Positions 41,451 through 50,910 of a DNA stretch of 55,644 nucleotides are shown here, in pieces. The translations under genes and the position numbers were made by a program. Under the pieces are notes generated by a model. That model was given only the letters and a program-made list of their open reading frames with translations, was not told the origin of the DNA and did not search any database. The stretch covers positions 1 through 55,644 of the forward strand of contig JBAVJZ010000068.1 of NCBI GenBank assembly GCA_049688015.1, in the 5' to 3' direction. The first letter of the stretch is position 1; every line of letters begins with the position of its first letter. The stretch is from Candidatus Deferrimicrobiaceae bacterium. Lineage in GTDB: Bacteria > Desulfobacterota > Deferrimicrobia > Deferrimicrobiales > Deferrimicrobiaceae.

Positions 41451-43706
41451 TCAGCCGTCGAGGACCTCCCGTACTTTCCGAGCGAGCGCCTCGGGACGAA
41501 AAGGTTTCTGGATGAAGAACGCTTCGGGAGGCAACTCTTTATTCCCGTTTCCGGAATCCTCCATGTACCCCGACATGTAGAGAGTCTTCATTCCCGGGCG
41601 AATCTCCGCCAGTCGCTGGGCGAGCTCCCGTCCGTTAATGTTCGGCATCGACATGTCGGTCACCAAAAGGTGGATCGTCCCCTCGTGCCTGCTTCCGATC
41701 TCCAGGGATTCCTTCCCGTCTCTTGCCTCCAGCACCTTGTATCCCCGGGCCGTCAGGATGGACCGGACCAGATCCCTCACCAGGTCTTCGTCATCGGTCA
41801 GCAGCAACGTTTCCGTTCCTCCCGCGAGCTCTTTGTGCGACCCGTCGGAAATCTCCGCTTCCATTTCCGTGTCCTCCAACCGGGGCAGGTACACCTCGAA
41901 CGTGGTCCCCTTCCCGACCTCGCTGTCGAGAAGAATGTGCCCCTGGCTTTGCTTTACGATCCCGTAGACAGTCGACAGGCCAAGCCCGGTTCCCTTTCCG
42001 GGGGGCTTGGTCGTATAAAACGGTTCGAAGATCCGAGAGCGTGTTTTCTCATCCATCCCGCACCCGGTATCGCTCACCTTTATCGTCACATACTTTCCGG
42101 GTGGAAGGGAGGAAGCCGGGGAGCCGTCCGTGCCGTCGATGTCCCGGTTCGCCGTTTCGATCGTAAGTTCCCCGCCGTCCGGCATCGCGTCCCGGGCGTT
42201 GACAGTGAGGTTCATCACGATTTGCTCGATCTGCCCGGGGTCGACCCGCACGCATCCCAGATCCTCCGCCCGGATCACAACCAGGTTGATTCGGTCTCCG
42301 GTCAACCGGCGGAGTAACATATCGATGCCCGAGAAGGTATTGTTCAGATCGACTACTTGCGGATCGAGTACCTTTTTACGGCTGAACGTAAGAAGTTGGT
42401 TGATTACCGATGCGGCCCGCTCCCCGGCGCTGCTGATCCCCTCGATCTCCTTCCGGTTGGGGTCATCTTTTCCCAGGCGTTGCAGCGCGATCCCGCTGTA
42501 CCCGTTGATTACCGTCAGGAGATTGTTGAAGTCGTGGGCGATCCCCCCCGTAAGTTGCCCCACCGCTTCCATCTTCTGCGCCTGGAGGAGCTGTTCCTCT
42601 GCCTTCTTTCGCTCGGCGATCTCCTGCTCCATCCGCCGGTTCGCTTCCGATAATGCGCGGAACTGGTTTCCCAGCTGCCCCGACATCGTGTTGAACGAGA
42701 GGGCCAGCTCCTCGAACTCGTCGCCGCTTCGGATATCAACCCGGCTATCGAACTCTCCCTGGCTGATTTTTTTTGTCCCTTCGCGCAACTTTTCCAGGGG
42801 TGAAAGATTCTTCCGGATCTGCCCGATGCTGAGCAGCGAGACCACCAGGAGAGTGAGCACGACGATCAGGACAAACGTCCGGGTGAAGTTGGTAACCGCC
42901 GCGAACGCATCCGCCTTGGGCTGGCTGACGACAACCGCCCAGTCCCCGGAAAGATAAGGGCCCTGCATAAAGATCGACCGGTAGTTGATAAGAACCGTGT
43001 CCCCCCCGGTCCACTCGAACTGGCCGGAATACGTGCGTCGCAACTCGTCAACGACACGCCGGGTGACATCCACCGACAACGGCTTTTGACCGTAGAGGAG
43101 GGCCCCGGTCGAATCCAGGATCACAAGATCGGTCTCCGCCGGCATGACACTCTCGATGATATCCTCCAGGTACATCGGATGGATCTGCCCCACCAATATC
43201 CTTTTTCCCGGCGTTCGCCGATCGGAGGAAACCGCCATGTAAATTCGGGGAGGCGCCCCGGGAACCTTCCGGACAAAGAGATGGGCGTTTCCGTCCGCCA
43301 GATGCTTTCGCGTGCCGGCGGTCGGGGGAGGGAACGGGCACGGCGCCCCGAACAAGGTCTCCGCTATAGATCCTTCCCGGAACAGGGTCAGGCCGAGGAA
43401 ATGCTGGTTCAGGCTCGACCGTATGGTCACCTCCGGCGCCCTGGAGGAATTCCGCAAAAGACCCTCGGGGGATAACGAAAGCACCTCCAGTTCGCCCTTG
43501 AGGGCGTGCAAACCCTGAAGGATCCCCATGTTGACGTTCTTGCTCGCTTGGTGCAGCCGGCTGTCGGTCTGCTCCTTAAGGCGGCCGGACATCTCCCAAA
43601 GGGAGAGGACCGCGAGGCTGCCGATCGGGAGGAGGGCGCAAACGAGGAAAAGGCCCAGGATCCGCTTGGCGACGGTCCCGCGCAGGATGGAAAGGGACGG
43701 CCTCAT
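41451..43706 (-). CDS. hybrid sensor histidine kinase (TM-periplasmic sensor-TM-HAMP-HisKA-HATPase_c-REC)
   Basis: Two TM segments flank a ~250-aa extracytoplasmic region. HAMP 'LSPLEKLREGTKKISQGEFDSRV'; H-box '[12 protein letters not shown]'; 'DTGCGMD', 'GTGLGLSTVYGIV'; receiver 'LLLTDDED...LVTDMSMP'. Confidence 0.9.
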   Translation of the reverse strand: MRPSLSILRGTVAKRILGLFLVCALLPIGSLAVLSLWEMSGRLKEQTDSRLHQASKNVNMGILQGLHALKGELEVLSLSPEGLLRNSSRAPEVTIRSSLNQHFLGLTLFREGSIAETLFGAPCPFPPPTAGTRKHLADGNAHLFVRKVPGAPPRIYMAVSSDRRTPGKRILVGQIHPMYLEDIIESVMPAETDLVILDSTGALLYGQKPLSVDVTRRVVDELRRTYSGQFEWTGGDTVLINYRSIFMQGPYLSGDWAVVVSQPKADAFAAVTNFTRTFVLIVVLTLLVVSLLSIGQIRKNLSPLEKLREGTKKISQGEFDSRVDIRSGDEFEELALSFNTMSGQLGNQFRALSEANRRMEQEIAERKKAEEQLLQAQKMEAVGQLTGGIAHDFNNLLTVINGYSGIALQRLGKDDPNRKEIEGISSAGERAASVINQLLTFSRKKVLDPQVVDLNNTFSGIDMLLRRLTGDRINLVVIRAEDLGCVRVDPGQIEQIVMNLTVNARDAMPDGGELTIETANRDIDGTDGSPASSLPPGKYVTIKVSDTGCGMDEKTRSRIFEPFYTTKPPGKGTGLGLSTVYGIVKQSQGHILLDSEVGKGTTFEVYLPRLEDTEMEAEISDGSHKELAGGTETLLLTDDEDLVRDLVRSILTARGYKVLEARDGKESLEIGSRHEGTIHLLVTDMSMPNINGRELAQRLAEIRPGMKTLYMSGYMEDSGNGNKELPPEAFFIQKPFRPEALARKVREVLDG

Positions 43707-43718
43707 AGCGATTCCCGG

Positions 43719-44225
43719 TCAGTATTTTGAGGCAAGGTCCACGAATTTGCCGGAACGTGCACGGACGATATCGTCGAGGCTTTGGCTGTGATTCAATTTT
43801 TTCTGAGTCACCCCGTCGGCGCCCATGCTGTAGAGGTCGTAGTCCAGGGAAAGAGGCTTGTCGACCTGGTCTGTGCGGCAGTTGGGCCAGCCGGGAGGTT
43901 CGTTGGCGAAGTTCAGGTATCGATACGCGTTACCGTAGGGGTCGAGGAAGGGGGGGGACTGCGTGACCGAATTTCCATTGGCCCCCAGTATTTCGACGGG
44001 GCCCAACTCGTTCAGGTTGTTCGGCAGACGCATGTTCTCGAACTCGAACGCCTTGATGCCCTGTTCCAGGATCCGGATATTCTTTATCGTCAGTTTTACA
44101 TTCGATCGATCGACATACTTTGTGTAGGCGGGAATCGCAATGGCCGCCAGGATACCGACGATCATCAGGGATATGACGATTTCTACGACGGTGAATCCCC
44201 TCTTGTCGGGCGACCCCTTCCTCAT
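43719..44225 (-). CDS. GspG-like pseudopilin (prepilin-type N-terminal methylation domain)
   Basis: 'KRGFTVVEIVISLMIVGILAAIAIPAY' is a class III signal. 'DPYGNAYRY' and 'YDLYSMGADG' resemble T2SS major pseudopilin motifs. Confidence 0.8.
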   Translation of the reverse strand: MRKGSPDKRGFTVVEIVISLMIVGILAAIAIPAYTKYVDRSNVKLTIKNIRILEQGIKAFEFENMRLPNNLNELGPVEILGANGNSVTQSPPFLDPYGNAYRYLNFANEPPGWPNCRTDQVDKPLSLDYDLYSMGADGVTQKKLNHSQSLDDIVRARSGKFVDLASKY

Positions 44226-44514
44226 GGAAACGAAACCATTACGATCCCAACGTTGTCGAACAACGGACCTCTCCTCGATATTAGTAGACTCCCGGGTGGG
44301 GGGGGAACAGAAGCGGAGGAATGAAAAGCAGCAGGAGTACGATAAGGATATGGCTGATCATAACTTTCCCCCTTTGATCCGGCGGATCTTCCGGGCACCC
44401 GGTCTCCCGTTTTGCCCTGCTTGTTCCTTATCGGAGGAACCTACAGAAAAAATTACTGTTTTCCCCCGGCGCAAATATCTTCCCGGGGGAGAGGGGGGGG
44501 GTACTCTCGTATCG

Positions 44515-44979
44515 TCAGTTCCCGGTCAGGGACTTCGCAGGCCGCTCAAGCAGGATCGTCACGGGCCCGTCGTTTATGATTTCCACCTCCATCCGTGTCC
44601 CGAACGACCCGGACTCCACCGCCAGGGATGTCCGCCCCTTGAGAAGCGAGATAATTTCCCGGTACAGGGGTTCCGCCACCTCAGGGTCTGCAGCCGCCCC
44701 GAACCCCGGGCGGTTCCCCTTCCGCGCGTCCCCGTACAGGGTGAATTGCGGCACGAGGAGTACCCCTCCGCCGATATCGGCGACCGACCGGTTCATCTTG
44801 CCCCGGTCGTCCTCGAAGATCCGCAAGTTTACGATCTTCTCCGCAATCCAGGAAACGGCAGCGCCGTCGTCTCCATGGGAAAATCCGACGAGCACCATCA
44901 GCCCCCGCCCTATACTGCCGAGGAGTTCCCCTCCCGAGGTCACGGACGCACGGCTCACCCTCTGGACCACAGCCCTCAT
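44515..44979 (-). CDS. dtd: D-aminoacyl-tRNA deacylase
   Basis: 'MRAVVQRVSRASV', 'GLMVLVGF', 'LLVPQFTLYGDARKGNRPGF'. The rest of the 414-aa ORF-track frame is antisense to the ALDH gene. Confidence 0.9.
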   Translation of the reverse strand: MRAVVQRVSRASVTSGGELLGSIGRGLMVLVGFSHGDDGAAVSWIAEKIVNLRIFEDDRGKMNRSVADIGGGVLLVPQFTLYGDARKGNRPGFGAAADPEVAEPLYREIISLLKGRTSLAVESGSFGTRMEVEIINDGPVTILLERPAKSLTGN

Positions 44980-45099
44980 GGTGTTCCCTCCCCGAAACGT
45001 TTCGCAGGAACCAATGTACCCCTCTCCTCCTTTACCCACAATCCGTTGTGGTGGCATCATATCAGGGAGAAGGAACACCCCCCGAAAGGAACGGGCCGG

Positions 45100-46377
45100 A
45101 TGCAAAGATCCTACGAGGAGAGATACGGAAAGGTACTCGATCTCGCGGGAGCGATTGGGAGACGGCGAGGCGAGATCATCGGGCAGGCGGTCAAGGACAT
45201 CCGGTTTACCGTCCGGGACACCGCGAAAGAGGTGGACATCGCGGTCGACCGGCTCGGGATGTTCGCCGATGCCCGCTCTTTCCTCGAAGGGAAGCGTCCC
45301 CTGGGGGGCGAGGGATCGAGCGTCTCTCTCATGCTCTCCTACAACGGCAGCGCCTGGCTCAACACGGCCATCACTTCGATCTACATGGTGGGGAACCGGG
45401 TGACCGTGAAGTTCTCCTCGAAAGGAACCGGAATCTGCGATCTCACGGAATCCCTCTACCGCCCGATCTTCGGGGACGATATCCGCTTCTACCGCGATAG
45501 CGGGAAAAGCTTCGTGGAAAACTCCCTTCATGACCCCGAAACCTCCACGGTGGTCATCTTCGGCTTCGACGAAAACGTCCTTCCGTACGAGGATGCGTTT
45601 CGCCGGACGGGGAAGAAACTTGTCTTCGAGGGGCCGGGGCAGGATCCCTTCATCGTTTTCCCCGACGCCGACCTTTCCCTCGCCCTGTCGGACCTCATGA
45701 CCGCGAAGTTCATGTACTCGGGGCAGACGTGCACCGCTCCGAAACGGATCTTCGTCCACCGGTCGATCTATCCCGAGTTTCTCGACAGATTCGAGGAAAA
45801 GGCCGCAAGACTTATCGTGGGGAACCCGGGGGACGAGAGGACAGACGTTTCCCCCGTGGCGAGCGGTTTAGCCGTCACGCGGACCCAGGCACAGCTCGCA
45901 GACGCCGTGTCCAAGGGGGCCAGGATCGTCCTGGGGGGAAGGATCGAAGGGGATACGGTCTATCCCACGATCGTGCGGGACGCGACCGACGACATGCTCG
46001 GAATGCGCGAAGAAGTCTTCGCCCCCGTGGCATTTACCTCCCCGTTCGATACGAAGGAGGAGGTGCTTCGGCGCGCCAGGGACCATAAATACGGACTGCG
46101 CGCCGCCGTCTTCGGGGGACAGGAAGCAAAAGAGACGGCTGAGAATCTCTCGGGAAAAGCGTACTGCCACCCGGTCCCGGGCTATACCTTCGGGAAGTTC
46201 GGGACGGTCGCCCTCAACCAGACGAGGGCCGAATCCTGGAAGGGCGCGTTCGTCGTAAAAGCCGTCGGAGGATACGGGTACTCCGGATGGATCTGGGAAA
46301 CGGTAAACGGCGCCTTTCGGATCAAGCAGGGGCCGAAGCTCCTGAGCCTCGAGACGGCGGCGGAGAACGGGGAGTGA
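45100..46377 (+). CDS. aldehyde dehydrogenase superfamily protein (short form, 425 aa)
   Basis: 'KLVFEGPGQDPFIVFPDAD' (catalytic Glu region) and 'MYSGQTCTAPKRIFV' (catalytic Cys). ATG verified at 45100. Confidence 0.8.
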   Translation: MQRSYEERYGKVLDLAGAIGRRRGEIIGQAVKDIRFTVRDTAKEVDIAVDRLGMFADARSFLEGKRPLGGEGSSVSLMLSYNGSAWLNTAITSIYMVGNRVTVKFSSKGTGICDLTESLYRPIFGDDIRFYRDSGKSFVENSLHDPETSTVVIFGFDENVLPYEDAFRRTGKKLVFEGPGQDPFIVFPDADLSLALSDLMTAKFMYSGQTCTAPKRIFVHRSIYPEFLDRFEEKAARLIVGNPGDERTDVSPVASGLAVTRTQAQLADAVSKGARIVLGGRIEGDTVYPTIVRDATDDMLGMREEVFAPVAFTSPFDTKEEVLRRARDHKYGLRAAVFGGQEAKETAENLSGKAYCHPVPGYTFGKFGTVALNQTRAESWKGAFVVKAVGGYGYSGWIWETVNGAFRIKQGPKLLSLETAAENGE

Positions 46378-46380
46378 CGG

Positions 46381-46403
46381 CAGAGGGGAGTTTCTCCCCT
46401 CTG
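46381..46403. terminator. strong hairpin between convergent genes (candidate bidirectional terminator)
   Basis: CAGAGGGGAG-UUU-CUCCCCUCUG, a 10-bp perfect stem starting 4 nt after the ALDH stop. No U-tract. Confidence 0.45.
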
Positions 46404-46450
46404 GGGACCACCCGATGGCCCGTGCCGCGCGTGCGGCGTATCCGTCCCCT

Positions 46451-48901
46451 TCAGCGTGCCGGCGCGATCCCTCCCTTGCTGTCCCGCCAATAGGGAAACC
46501 ACACCAGCGAAACCAGGGAGACGGAGATGTCGGTCTTCCTCGGCCGGACCTCGCACGTCTCCAAGTCCTCCGCGAGGGGGTCGGTGCCGGCTTTGAGCTC
46601 TTCGGCCTCCTGGTCCAAAAGCGCCTGAAGGTCGGCAAGCTGCCTCGAAAGCGCCTTCAGGTTCTCCTCGGCCCGTGCAATATCCTGCGACTCCTTGAGG
46701 GTGCGGCCTGCTCCCCGTGCCGTGGTAGCGGCCCTCCCGAGCGTGGACTGCGTGATGGTCTTCCGGCCGGTCAACGCTCCGAGGAGGGTCGCCCCGAAGG
46801 AGATGGCGGTCGAAAGCTTCTGCTGCGTGGCCTGTGCCTTTTCCCGTTCCACCGCCTGCTCGGCGCGACGGATTCTATCTGTAAGGGTCGCGATCTTTGG
46901 TGCATACTTCTGCCGCAACCGCTCGACCTGCTGGTCCCGCTTCTCCCGGGCGGCCTGCGTAATCCGGATGCGAAAATCCCGCTCCGACTCCCCCGGCTCG
47001 GAGACGACCTTTAAAGACGGACTTTTAAACAGTTCCAGCTTCTTGTTCCGGTAGACCCACTCCTTGAACGCAGCCCCCCACTCCGGGTACCTCTTCACAT
47101 TGGACGCTTCACGGGGCAACTCCCCAAAGGAGGAGTCCTGGTCGTGGGGGAACTTCTCGAGATCGCTCTCCGGTATCTCCGTTTCCTGCGCCTCGTCCCA
47201 GTCGACCGGAGAGGGGCCTTCGGAAAACTCGCCCAGCAGGCAGACCTCCTTTTGGGCGGCGACCCCGATTTTCGCGTTGGCGTAATAGATTTTGGCGCCT
47301 CCCAGCAGCATCGGCTCGTAGTGAAGGCTTCCCCCCTCCGACTCCGCGACACGGACCGGGAGGAAGAACTGGGGGACGCCGGAGGGCAGCACGGGGCGGG
47401 CGGACGCCGGTGCCGTGGGACGCGCTTTCGGCGCGGGCGCTTCTGCCGCGGCGGGCTTCGCTGCGGGAACCGGCTCGGGCTGTGACGATTTGACCGGGTC
47501 CATCAGCCGTTTGATCTGCGTGCGGGTCAAGGGCCCCCGAAGGTACGACATCGCCCACCGGGTCTGGAAAACGACCGGCGCATCCTCATGGACGTTGTTC
47601 ATCAGGAACACCCGCTGGCCCAGGCCGGCGAGGATCTGCTCCATCCGCTTTCTGTCGAATCTGCCCGCACCGCCGGCCGCCGCCCCCTCGAGGCCGTCCA
47701 GTACCCGCTCCTTGTCCCGCTCGGTCTGCAGCCTGCCGAGGAACCACGTCCCCGCGTTGGACAATCCCTTGTAATCCAGGTCCACGGGATTCTGCGTGGC
47801 GAGAACGATCCCCAGCCCGAACGCCCTGGCCTGCTTCAAAAGCGTCAGCAGCGGGGCCTTCGACGGGGGGTTGGCAACGGGGGGAAAGTACCCGAAGATC
47901 TCGTCCATGTAGAAAAGCGTCCGCAGGCTGGTCGTACCCGATTGGGAGCGCATCCACCCCAAAAGCTGGGTGAGAAGGAGTGAGACGAAGAACATCCGCT
48001 CCGTGTCGTTCAAGTGGGCGACGGAGAAGATCGATACCCGGGGCTTTCCTCCCTCTGTGTAGAACATACGATCGATATCCAGCGGGGCTCCTTCGAGCCA
48101 AGCGGAAAAGCCGGGCGCCGCCAGGAGGTTGTTGAGCTTCATGGCGAGGGCGAACCGGTCCCTGGAAGGGAAGAAGGACTCGAGGTCGAAGACACCGATG
48201 CGGGCCACCGGCGGCGACTGGATCGCCTGGATGAACCCGGCGAGGTCCAGATCCTGCCCCTGCTTCCAGGAGGTGGTAAGGATCGTGGAGAGGAGAATGT
48301 GCTCCCTGCTCTGGATCGGATCGGCCTCTACCCCCAGGAGGTTGAGCAGGCTGGTCACCGTGGTGGCAATCCGCTCCCCCAGCAGTTCGCTGTCTTCTGT
48401 TACGGCCTTCCCCGGGAAGGAGAACGACTTGAGGATGGAGACGGGCAGCCCCGCCGTGCTGCCCGGCGTGTAGATGGTAAACTCTGCGGAGTCTTTAAGT
48501 TTGCGGATCCGCGTACCGTCCTGCCCCCACTCGGCCAGCCCCTTCTTCCAGAGGTCCGCCTGTTTGGCGGCGTACTCCTGCGGGGAGATCCCTTTCCTGC
48601 GTGCATCCTCTTCGTTGATCCAGGGAAGAAAATCGGCGTCCTTCAAGTCGGGGAAGGTCAGGAGAAGGTTGGCAAGATCCCCCTTGGGATCCACCACGAT
48701 GGCGGGGACGCCGTCGATCACCGCTTCTTCCAGGAGCCCGATGCAAAGCCCCGTCTTTCCGCTCCCCGTCATCCCCACGCAGACCGCGTGGGTGACCAGG
48801 TCCCGGGAATCGTAGAGGACCAGGTCGTCCTTGAGGGCGTTTTTCGCAAGGTCGAATTCGCGTCCGAGGTAAAACACCCCAAGTTTTTCGAAATCCTGCA
48901 T
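46451..48901 (-). CDS. HerA/FtsK-clade P-loop ATPase (DUF87-like) with long C-terminal coiled-coil extension
   Basis: Walker A 'GMTGSGKTG' (48752..48775), Walker B 'LFYMDEIFGYF', 'IVLATQNPVDLDYK'. C-terminal ~250 aa is heptad-rich ('ERLRQKYAPKIATLTDRIRRAEQAVEREKAQATQQ...LKALSRQLADLQALLDQEAEEL'). GGGAGGA RBS. Confidence 0.75.
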   Translation of the reverse strand: MQDFEKLGVFYLGREFDLAKNALKDDLVLYDSRDLVTHAVCVGMTGSGKTGLCIGLLEEAVIDGVPAIVVDPKGDLANLLLTFPDLKDADFLPWINEEDARRKGISPQEYAAKQADLWKKGLAEWGQDGTRIRKLKDSAEFTIYTPGSTAGLPVSILKSFSFPGKAVTEDSELLGERIATTVTSLLNLLGVEADPIQSREHILLSTILTTSWKQGQDLDLAGFIQAIQSPPVARIGVFDLESFFPSRDRFALAMKLNNLLAAPGFSAWLEGAPLDIDRMFYTEGGKPRVSIFSVAHLNDTERMFFVSLLLTQLLGWMRSQSGTTSLRTLFYMDEIFGYFPPVANPPSKAPLLTLLKQARAFGLGIVLATQNPVDLDYKGLSNAGTWFLGRLQTERDKERVLDGLEGAAAGGAGRFDRKRMEQILAGLGQRVFLMNNVHEDAPVVFQTRWAMSYLRGPLTRTQIKRLMDPVKSSQPEPVPAAKPAAAEAPAPKARPTAPASARPVLPSGVPQFFLPVRVAESEGGSLHYEPMLLGGAKIYYANAKIGVAAQKEVCLLGEFSEGPSPVDWDEAQETEIPESDLEKFPHDQDSSFGELPREASNVKRYPEWGAAFKEWVYRNKKLELFKSPSLKVVSEPGESERDFRIRITQAAREKRDQQVERLRQKYAPKIATLTDRIRRAEQAVEREKAQATQQKLSTAISFGATLLGALTGRKTITQSTLGRAATTARGAGRTLKESQDIARAEENLKALSRQLADLQALLDQEAEELKAGTDPLAEDLETCEVRPRKTDISVSLVSLVWFPYWRDSKGGIAPAR

Positions 48902-49098
48902 GGTGGTCCTCCCGGGAGATGGTTACGGACGAATATACACCAATGTGAACCGGGACGGCGGAGCCGATCTTCGGGAAGCGGTGAACAACTGGTGCGGTTT
49001 CGATTTCTGCGGATCCGGGATGGATTCCCCGGTGGAATGGGTGATGGAACCGGCATGCGCAGTCGCCGGGGGAACAGGCGGTGCCGCAGGGGAAGCGG

Positions 49099-49977
49099 TC
49101 AATAGTCCGAACGGGCGAACCGTATCCCGTTATCCTCCATGAAGCGGACGATCACCTCCGGATGAATGCCGATCCCCAGATTGATGCACTGGTCTTCTTC
49201 GATCTCTCTTCCATCCTTTTCCACCTGGGAGACGCTGCCGTAGGCGTAATGGTCGGTCCGGCTCTGGACACCCCAGATGGTGCCGTTGACGTCGAGGATG
49301 GGACCTCCGCTTTGACCCTTCAGGCCCGGCGACGACGTCTCCAGGAATTTGACGTCGTACCTCCCGTCGCCGGATTTTCCCGCGGACAACGTCCTGGTAT
49401 AGAGCCCCTCCATCGGAAAGCAGGCCAGCGTTCGTACCTCGGGGCCAAGGTCGAAGGAATTGTTCGCCTCGCGAAAGGATGACTGTATCCTCTGGAACGG
49501 ATACCCGATTTTACAAAGAGCCGTCCCGACACCCAGATCACCGGGGGACTTGAATACCGGGTAGCCAGCCCACGCATTCGGGGCGAACGGCGTGAGACGG
49601 CCGAGTGCGAGGTCCCCTTCCGGGAGGGGACGGATGTCGGTAAGCTGCACTCCGTCCATGCCCCACCAGTACGAGAGGTTGGTGATCCACTTCGGATTGT
49701 CCTTGAGGCGCCGGATCCTTTCGAATCTCTCCTCCCGGGGGACCCCCTCCTCCTGCTCGATCGTGTGGATCGTGTGATAATAGTCGACGATCGCCTCCGC
49801 GTCCTGCTGGATCTTTCCGAACGGGGACAAAAGGTGGGCCGCCGTCACGATCCAGCCCTCGTCGTTGATCACGACGAAGGCACCGCACCCGCAGTCGGTG
49901 CTCCGGTCGAAATACCGGCGGGAGATCACCACCGGCCTGGTAAAACAGGTCGCCCTCTTGAAAGCATGCACGAACAT
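49099..49977 (-). CDS. cytoplasmic trypsin-like (S1/chymotrypsin-fold) serine peptidase
   Basis: Triad candidates: 'IVTAAHLL' (His), 'EGDLALGRL' (Asp), 'GLKGQSGGPILD' (Ser). No signal peptide or TM segment. AGGAGA RBS. Confidence 0.75.
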   Translation of the reverse strand: MFVHAFKRATCFTRPVVISRRYFDRSTDCGCGAFVVINDEGWIVTAAHLLSPFGKIQQDAEAIVDYYHTIHTIEQEEGVPREERFERIRRLKDNPKWITNLSYWWGMDGVQLTDIRPLPEGDLALGRLTPFAPNAWAGYPVFKSPGDLGVGTALCKIGYPFQRIQSSFREANNSFDLGPEVRTLACFPMEGLYTRTLSAGKSGDGRYDVKFLETSSPGLKGQSGGPILDVNGTIWGVQSRTDHYAYGSVSQVEKDGREIEEDQCINLGIGIHPEVIVRFMEDNGIRFARSDY

Positions 49978-50287
49978 GAAGGCCCTTTCTCCTGCCGGGA
50001 ACCCCCTGTCTCCCGCCTTCGATGCAAGCCTCGGGGGGAAGGGAATCCCTACCGTCGAAGGGAAGACACGGCCGCCGGGCCGCCTTTCGCGCCGGTGTAC
50101 TGCCCTGATCTATTGTGGATTGACAAGCGGTTGCCTGCTGGTTGACCGGACCCTTTCCGCTTTTTCCATCCTACCGGGAAACGGGAAGGGAGACAAGAGA
50201 ATATCCATTCCCGTAACTATATTGGGGAAGACCAAGAAGCCGGGGCGCGTTCCCATTGGAAACAGAAAGACGGACGGCTGCGCCCCG

Positions 50288-50324
50288 GCAGACAAGCGGC
50301 GGACGACCCTTCGCCGTGTCTTGC
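50288..50324 (-). terminator. possible terminator hairpin after rubrerythrin
   Basis: Imperfect long stem GCAAGACACGGCG...CGCCGCUUGUCUGC on the minus strand, right after the stop. A U-rich tract (GUCUUUCUGUUU) follows further downstream. Confidence 0.35.
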
Positions 50325-50331
50325 GGGTTTT

Positions 50332-50832
50332 CTACGGGATCCGCGTGAACTTCGCCTTCTCCGCGCCGCAGACCGGACACTTGTCCGGTGCGTGGCCGTA
50401 CACCGTATTTCCGCAGACCTCACAGACAAAAATGTCCTGCCCGGCGAGATCCTTTCCCTTCCTTATACTTTCCAGCGCCTGCGAATAGAGGTCGTGGTGG
50501 ATCTTTTCTACGGCCAGGGCGTTCCGGAAAGAGACCGCGGCGGGAACGTTTTTTTCCGCTTCCGCCTCTTTGAGAAAGTCCGGGTACATATTCTGAAATT
50601 CGTACCCTTCCCCGCTGATGGCAGACTGAAGGTTGGCCGCCGTGTCCTTCACTCCCCCCATCACGCGGAAATGGGCGTGGGCGTGCACCGTCTCCGCCGC
50701 GGCGGCCGCGCGGAAAAGTTTCGCAACCTGCGGGTATCCGTCCGCCTCCGCCTTCTTGGCGAAGGCCAGGTACATCCGGTTGGCCTGGCTCTCGCCCGCA
50801 AACGCCTCTTTCAGGTTCTTCGCCGTCGACAT
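50332..50832 (-). CDS. rbr: rubrerythrin
   Basis: Diiron 'ESQANRMY...E..H' and 'E..H' helices plus the C-terminal rubredoxin-like 'CEVCG...CPVCG'. Confidence 0.95.
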   Translation of the reverse strand: MSTAKNLKEAFAGESQANRMYLAFAKKAEADGYPQVAKLFRAAAAAETVHAHAHFRVMGGVKDTAANLQSAISGEGYEFQNMYPDFLKEAEAEKNVPAAVSFRNALAVEKIHHDLYSQALESIRKGKDLAGQDIFVCEVCGNTVYGHAPDKCPVCGAEKAKFTRIP

Positions 50833-50910
50833 GCCTTCCTCCTTTTCGCTCGGTTATTTTTCTCCCCGGTCAGATCCGGGTTGCGCGCCAGGCGCACTTG
50901 CCAAAGACTG

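Noticed and set aside
44479-44492. GGGAAG-N5-TTGC on the minus strand as a sigma-54 promoter for the pseudopilin gene.
   Set aside because: Only the GG/GC dinucleotides match. It lies ~255 nt from the start codon and abuts the dtd stop. Too weak to report as a feature.
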